The translations under genes and the position numbers were made by a program. Below, piece by piece: positions 61,086-64,000 of a DNA stretch of 64,000 nucleotides. Source of the stretch: Gemmatimonadota bacterium (lineage in GTDB: Bacteria; Gemmatimonadota; Gemmatimonadetes; Gemmatimonadales; GWC2-71-9). A model generated the notes under the pieces. That model did not search any database. It was not told where the DNA came from and was given only the letters and a program-made list of their open reading frames with translations. Location of the stretch: assembly GCA_039588295.1 (NCBI GenBank), contig JBDHAB010000004.1, positions 64,001 through 128,000 of the forward strand, given 5' to 3'. Each line of letters opens with the position of its first letter. The first letter of the stretch is position 1.

Positions 61086-62320
61086 TCGGTGGCGGCGTGC
61101 TCCTGACACTCGTGGGCGTGGTGGCCGCGAGCGAAGGTGGAGGCATCACCGCCACCCGAGCAGCGCTGCCGCAGCGCTCGGTGAGCCAGGACAGCACGTA
61201 CGGGTGTATCGTGTGTCACGCCGATAAGCGGCGCGCCTTCTCGCAGGGCGTGCACGCTGAGCGGGGTATTCGGTGCGAAGACTGTCACGGCGGCGACCCC
61301 TCGCAGTATGAGACACCCGCGGCACATCGGGGACGGTTCGTCGGCTCGCCGACCAAACGGGAGACGGTCGAGCTCTGCGCATCGTGTCACTCCGATCCCA
61401 ACCAAATGCGTCAGTACGGTCTCTCGGTCGACCAGCTCGCCGAGTTTCGCACGAGCCGGCACGGACAGCTGTTGATGGAGCAGCGCAACCGGGACGCGCC
61501 GACCTGCACGGACTGTCACCACGCGCATTTGATTCGGCCTGCGAGCGATGCGCGGAGCGAGATCTATCCCTCCAACATCCCAGGCACCTGCGCGGTGTGT
61601 CATGAGAACGCTTCGTTGATGGCCAAGTACGGGATGCCAACGGACCAGCTGGAGCGCTTCACCGTCGGCGCGCACGGCGTCGCGGTGTTCGAGAAACGCA
61701 ACTTCGCGGCGCCCACATGCATCGGGTGTCATGGCTCCCATGCCGCGCTTCCCCCGGCCGTCGCGGAGATCACCCACGTGTGCGGTAAGTGTCACGTCCT
61801 GCTCGCGCGAGCGTTCTATGAGGGGCCGCACGGGGAACCGGCGCAAGCCGGTGGACTCTCCGGGTGCGTGGGGTGTCACAGCAACCACGGGACGGAACGC
61901 ATCCCCCCGGAGCAGATTGGGGAGCTCTGCACGACTTGCCACGACGCGGAGAGCCGCATGGCCGCGGTGGGCTTCGAGATCGAGGAACAGGTGGGCCGGG
62001 CAGGCGAGGAGCTTGCCGCTGCCGCCGTGGCAATCGACGAGATGGCAGCGAACGGACGGGAAACGGCGGATGACCGGTTCCGCTATCAGGCGGCGTTCAC
62101 GGCCTATCAGCAGCTGGCCAAGGTGCAACACTCGCTCGACCTCGAGCAACTCGAGGAGCTCGGGCGAGAGGTGCGCTCGAACACGGGGATCATTCGCGCG
62201 ACGGCGGAGGCGTACGCGGAGGAACGGTGGGAGCACAAGCTCGTGCTGATCCCTGTCTGGTTCCTCGCGCTTTCGGCACTCGTGTTTGCCTGGTTCAAAC
62301 TTCGAGAGCTAGGACGGTAG
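61082..62320 (+). CDS. Nonaheme cytochrome c, C-terminal TM anchor (paralog 2)
   Basis: 9 CxxCH with the same spacing and motifs as 54494-55771 (CHGGDP, MRQY, DQ.AE..TS.HG, APTC). Confidence 0.92.
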   Translation: MIGGGVLLTLVGVVAASEGGGITATRAALPQRSVSQDSTYGCIVCHADKRRAFSQGVHAERGIRCEDCHGGDPSQYETPAAHRGRFVGSPTKRETVELCASCHSDPNQMRQYGLSVDQLAEFRTSRHGQLLMEQRNRDAPTCTDCHHAHLIRPASDARSEIYPSNIPGTCAVCHENASLMAKYGMPTDQLERFTVGAHGVAVFEKRNFAAPTCIGCHGSHAALPPAVAEITHVCGKCHVLLARAFYEGPHGEPAQAGGLSGCVGCHSNHGTERIPPEQIGELCTTCHDAESRMAAVGFEIEEQVGRAGEELAAAAVAIDEMAANGRETADDRFRYQAAFTAYQQLAKVQHSLDLEQLEELGREVRSNTGIIRATAEAYAEERWEHKLVLIPVWFLALSALVFAWFKLRELGR

Positions 62321-62322
62321 CG

Positions 62323-64000
62323 GTGGCTGAGCAACGTTGGCGCCTGCGGAAGCTGTCGCGGCCCCTCAAGCTGGCGGTGCAGATCGGCGTTCTCGCGATC
62401 ATCCTCGCGACGATTGGCGCGGTGGGGTTCATCGAGTACTCGGGCCAACCGAGTTTCTGTCGCAAGTGTCATGTCATGGAGCCGTACTACCAGTCCTGGG
62501 CGACATCGACGCACAACGACGTGAAGTGCATCGAATGCCACTATGCGCCGGGACTGCGTGCGGAGGCCATGGGCAAGTTCCAGGCGGCGAACCAGGTAGT
62601 GAAGTACGTCACCGGGGCATACGGAACGAAGCCCTGGGCAGAGATCGAGGACGCGGCGTGCTTGCGCTCTGGCTGCCACTCGTTGCGCAAGGTGGAAGGA
62701 GTCGTCAGCTACAGCCCGGGTCAGCACAGCAATGTCATCGTTCGGTTCGATCATACGCAACATCTGGGTGAGCTCCGGCGCGGCAAGCAACTCCGCTGCA
62801 CGAGCTGCCACTCGCAGATCGTCCAGGGCAACCACTTGGCGGTCACGCCGCAGACGTGCAACCTCTGTCACTTCAAGAAACGCGTGACCGCCGATCCGGT
62901 TGCGGACTGCGTCGCGTGCCATCGATCGCCGCCCAGGATCGTGTCGCCGGCCGGGTTCGTGGTCGATCATCCGCAGTACGTCCGTGATCTCGTGTCGTGC
63001 AGCTCCTGTCACCAGGAAGTGGTGAGTGGCACCGGTGAGGCACCGGACTCGCGATGCTATACCTGTCACAACGAACCCGACCGCCTCGCGGAGTTCGACA
63101 ACACCGAACTCCTGCACCGGGTTCACATTGCCGAACACAACGTCGAGTGCGCCCAGTGCCACACGCCGATCGAGCACCGCACGGTCTCGCTCAGCGTCAC
63201 GGCGGAGCTCGACTGTGCGTCGTGTCATCGGAGCGTTCACGAAGCACAGCAGCGCCTGTACGCCGGCATCGGCGGTCACGGCACCGAAACCACGCCGAGC
63301 TCGATGTTCCTGGCGCGTGTGTCCTGCGAGGGCTGTCATGAGCTGCGCAAGGAGATTCGCGGGCACGAGCAGGTGAACCTGGCCGGTGAGGCATCGTGCC
63401 TCTCGTGTCACGGCATCCAGTACGCCAACATTTTGCCGTCCTGGCAGCAGGAGATGGATCGCAAGGTCCGGGCGGCGGGTTCGGCGGTTCGTGGAGCGCG
63501 GCGAGCGGCGGGGTCAGGTCCGTCGAGCACGCGCGCTCGGGTCGACAGCTTGCTCGGTCTCGCAGAGGACAACGTCGAGTTCGTGCGGCTCGGTAAGGGC
63601 GCGCACAATATCGCCTACGCCGACCGGTTGCTCCGGGCCAGCCTCGATCTGGCGCGCGAAGCGGTGCGCACCGGGCCGTTGTCGTACCGCGTCCCCAGCG
63701 TCGACCTGGGTCCCGAAATCGGTGAGAATGTCTGCTTACAGTGCCATTTGGGAGTCGAGCGGCGGACCGTGACGTTCCAGGGTACGAAGTTCAACCACGA
63801 GCGTCACGCGGTCGACGCAGGTCTGCCGTGCACCAGCTGTCACACGGGCCTCGATGACCATGGGAAGAACCTGCTCTCGAGCACCGCAGACTGCGTCGGC
63901 TGTCATCATCGAGAGGTGAGTCCAGAGACCTGCGCGCATTGCCACGCGGGTCCGGGAGGCGCGCCCGAACGCGTGGTGAGCCATCCCGTGGGGGACTTCC
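62323..64000 (+). CDS. Large multiheme cytochrome c with NapC/NirT-type N-terminus (runs off the window)
   Basis: Hand-translated, absent from the track. TM helix, then PSFCRKCHVMEPYYQSWATSTH. 15 CxxCH plus one CLRSGCH before the edge. Confidence 0.92.
   Translation, partial: MAEQRWRLRKLSRPLKLAVQIGVLAIILATIGAVGFIEYSGQPSFCRKCHVMEPYYQSWATSTHNDVKCIECHYAPGLRAEAMGKFQAANQVVKYVTGAYGTKPWAEIEDAACLRSGCHSLRKVEGVVSYSPGQHSNVIVRFDHTQHLGELRRGKQLRCTSCHSQIVQGNHLAVTPQTCNLCHFKKRVTADPVADCVACHRSPPRIVSPAGFVVDHPQYVRDLVSCSSCHQEVVSGTGEAPDSRCYTCHNEPDRLAEFDNTELLHRVHIAEHNVECAQCHTPIEHRTVSLSVTAELDCASCHRSVHEAQQRLYAGIGGHGTETTPSSMFLARVSCEGCHELRKEIRGHEQVNLAGEASCLSCHGIQYANILPSWQQEMDRKVRAAGSAVRGARRAAGSGPSSTRARVDSLLGLAEDNVEFVRLGKGAHNIAYADRLLRASLDLAREAVRTGPLSYRVPSVDLGPEIGENVCLQCHLGVERRTVTFQGTKFNHERHAVDAGLPCTSCHTGLDDHGKNLLSSTADCVGCHHREVSPETCAHCHAGPGGAPERVVSHPVGDF

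Noticed and set aside
62107..63411. 434-aa minus-strand ORF, and similar long antisense ORFs across the window
   Set aside because: These are shadow frames of high-GC coding genes with no motifs; the opposite strand carries clear family signatures.

Overview
High-GC, densely coding bacterial chromosomal window. Gene content suggests Gemmatimonadota, which is inference and not tested. I found no CRISPR array, tRNA/rRNA, transposase or prophage. (1) 374-15091 (+) is a ~14.7 kb, almost fully stop/start-coupled operon. It begins with a PrdB/GrdB-family selenoprotein that the ORF track splits at an in-frame UGA (UxxC motif with a SECIS-like hairpin). It continues with a DmpA peptidase, an aminotransferase and an amidohydrolase, then an archaeal-style nurA-herA-(two secreted paralogs)-mre11/sbcD-rad50/sbcC set and a GNAT. 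(2) 15092-15464 holds an unannotated 50-aa membrane protein and a probable 6S RNA with its own sigma70 promoter. (3) 15.6-51.2 kb is mostly housekeeping or accessory: folE, SDR, acyl-CoA ligase, pepP, nucleoside phosphorylase, arsC, groES-like, ybbPA/tesA, ada, M23, uppS, UDG, LysM/BON, an ArsR-TolC-MFP-RND-PII-DUF2892 efflux operon, gyrB-dciA-recF and ogt. (4) 51411->64000 (+) is a respiratory supercluster with at least 51 heme-c motifs. It contains an octaheme + NrfC + NrfD set, a nonaheme + Rieske + cytochrome b (PEWY) set, a nonaheme lipoprotein, a second module, and a >=16-heme NapC-type protein. The second module pairs a Rieske-fold protein with all four Fe-S ligands changed to Ser (and no Tat motif) with a cytochrome b that keeps its heme His but has lost PEWY, plus a paralogous nonaheme. 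This is the best candidate for an undescribed system: an asymmetric, half-inactive Rieske/cytochrome b heterodimer.
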